From positions 569,159 to 633,158 of the forward strand of contig OY969622.1 of NCBI GenBank assembly GCA_963701665.1: 64,000 bases of DNA, in the 5' to 3' direction. The DNA comes from Candidatus Babeliales bacterium (GTDB lineage Bacteria > Babelota > Babeliae > Babelales > JANWKD01). Both the position numbers and the translations under genes were made by a program. A model generated the notes under the pieces. That model was not told the origin of the DNA and made no database searches. It saw only the letters and a list, made by a program, of their open reading frames with translations. How positions within the stretch are numbered: the stretch's first letter is position 1; each line of letters opens with the position of its first letter. Below are positions 62,845-64,000 of the stretch, in pieces.

Positions 62845-62946
62845 GAGCCTATCTGAAAACTCTAAGTACTTGAAAAAATAAATAAAAAAAATAAAATCCC
62901 TCTTGAAGTTATCACACAAACAAAAAGGGATTTTTTCATATGAAGC

Positions 62947-63028
62947 ATTTAAATTACAAAGAAATGATACCATCAAAATATGTCATAATTTAAATTACAA
63001 AGAAATGATACCATCAAAATATGTCATA
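62947..63028 (+). repeat. Perfect 41-bp tandem duplication at the 5' end of the transposase gene
   Basis: ATTTAAATTACAAAGAAATGATACCATCAAAATATGTCATA occurs twice back to back (62947-62987 and 62988-63028). Each copy carries the ATG of MIPSKYVI. Confidence 0.95.
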
Positions 63029-63793
63029 TCTGACGAACTTTTACAAGAATTTCATAACGTTATATCAACAAATATTCCACCAAGTAAAATAGGCCGGCCA
63101 CGTTCTGATGATGGCCCATTAATTGCTGGGATATATTATTTGCTTAGAACAGGATGCCAATGGGATGCGCTTCCCAAGTGCTTTGGCCCCGCAAAGACTG
63201 TTTATCATAGATTTAGAGAATTGGTCAAAGCTAATGCTTTTCAAAAAATTTGGAAATCGGTTTTAACGCACTATGATCGAACCAAAGGACTTTGTCTTGA
63301 AAATCAATCTATGGATTCATGTCATAAAAAGGCTCCGCTTGGAGGAGATAAAACAGGGATCAGCCCGGTTGATAGAAGAAAATTAGGTTCAAAATTAAAT
63401 CTTGTTGTAGAAGAATATGGACTACCTCTTGGTGCTACACTTGCAAGTGGAAATCGACATGACACGCAATTATTTGTTTCCCTTGTCGATAATTTACAGC
63501 ATCAAATTCCACAATCAAGAAATCATTATCTTCGAACCGATAAGGGCTTTGTTTCTAAAAAAAATAAGGCAGAAGCTATTAAAAGAAACTTCACGCCTAT
63601 CATGCCATTAAAAAAACCAAAAAATAAACCTCGAGTTACGCAAAAAAAAGATCCAATACGATGGGTCGTTGAAAGAACATTTTCTTGGATGAATCGATTC
63701 AGGCGTGTTTTTATTCGTTATGACAAGCTATCTAAAAATTTTCTTGGATTAGTTCAATTCGCTTGTCTAGTCATTGTTTTCAGAAAAATTTAG
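63005..63793 (+). CDS. IS5-family DDE transposase
   Basis: The N-terminal HTH region is GRPRSDDGPLIAGIYYLLRTGCQWDALPKCFGPAKTVYHRFRELV. The DDE region is MDSCHKKAP ... LRTDKGF ... VERTFSWMNRFRRVFIRYDK. The start was placed at the ATG in the second copy of the 41-bp duplication. Confidence 0.85.
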   Translation: MIPSKYVISDELLQEFHNVISTNIPPSKIGRPRSDDGPLIAGIYYLLRTGCQWDALPKCFGPAKTVYHRFRELVKANAFQKIWKSVLTHYDRTKGLCLENQSMDSCHKKAPLGGDKTGISPVDRRKLGSKLNLVVEEYGLPLGATLASGNRHDTQLFVSLVDNLQHQIPQSRNHYLRTDKGFVSKKNKAEAIKRNFTPIMPLKKPKNKPRVTQKKDPIRWVVERTFSWMNRFRRVFIRYDKLSKNFLGLVQFACLVIVFRKI

Positions 63794-63808
63794 TTTTCAG
63801 ACAGGCTC

Positions 63809-64000
63809 TAAGTGTAAATTCGTTAGGATTTGTTACTGGAACAAGTACTGTGAGTGCTGAAGTTCAACCTGGAGAAACTACTAACAAAGGTTTAAATGTA
63901 GGCGGAGGGAAATATGTCGACTTTGTTTATCTTGCAAAGCCAAATGGACAAAATCTTGAACAGATAGCTTATAAACCTGGGATGTATATTGGTGATAATA
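63809..64000 (+). pseudogene. 3' portion of the IS-interrupted secreted-protein gene, running off the window
   Basis: After the right-hand TAA the frame continues as (S)VNSLGFVTGTSTVSAEVQPGETTNKGLNVGGGKYVDFVYLAKPNGQNLEQIAYKPGMYIGDN with no stop before nt 64000. Confidence 0.7.

Larger units (their letters stand above)
62845..63808 (+). mobile_element. IS5-family insertion sequence (964 bp) with a 3-bp TAA target-site duplication
   Basis: The terminal inverted repeats are GAGCCTATCTGAAAACT (62845-62861) and AGTTTTCAGACAGGCTC (63792-63808), matching at 16 of 17 positions. TAA flanks both ends (62842-62844 and 63809-63811). There is a single DDE transposase ORF inside. Confidence 0.85.

Noticed and set aside
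62947-63028. Direct repeats that could suggest a CRISPR or minisatellite array.
   Set aside because: There are only two abutting 41-bp copies with no spacers, located inside an IS. No CRISPR-like repeat-spacer structure was seen anywhere in the window.

Overview
A low-GC, gene-dense (about 70 CDS) bacterial chromosomal window with two kinds of content. The housekeeping genes are rsmG, a MIP channel, a MATE exporter, gatC-gatA, uvrA, uppP, ftsK, murF, rsmH, spoVG, tRNA-Gln(UUG), two maf paralogs, hspR-htpX, ychF, psd and mutS. Between them sit many lineage-specific ORFs. About 30 of these start with a signal-peptide or membrane-anchor-like N-terminus, and several look eukaryote-like: four ankyrin-repeat proteins, two classic-clade AAA ATPases, a polyproline+WH2-like protein and a 2OG-Fe(II) oxygenase-like protein. 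By inference only, this fits a host-associated or intracellular bacterium such as Dependentiae/TM6 or a similar amoeba-associated lineage. The main observations are:
1. A terminator-bounded, co-directional six-gene module (6355-14070). Two secreted or anchored AAA ATPase paralogs bracket a 793-aa protein with a short C-terminal module and tightly coupled small ORFs, a layout like a polymorphic toxin/immunity pair. An ankyrin protein follows.
2. A single-gene Lnu(A)/ANT(2'')-family nucleotidyltransferase cassette. It is flanked by a duplicated ankyrin-tail/maf-start junction.
3. A secreted protein with PPPPPPPAPP followed by a WH2-like actin-binding motif.
4. A four-gene tandem family of secreted paralogs with a ~250-bp near-identical gene-conversion tract.
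5. A ~130-bp structured palindromic repeat family found after uvrA and ftsK, plus a solo arm.
6. An IS5-family IS with 17-bp inverted repeats and a TAA target duplication, which splits a secreted-protein gene.
7. A UvrA whose insertion domain is almost entirely deleted.
No CRISPR array and no rRNA gene was seen. All family assignments come from motifs read by eye and need HMM or BLAST confirmation.
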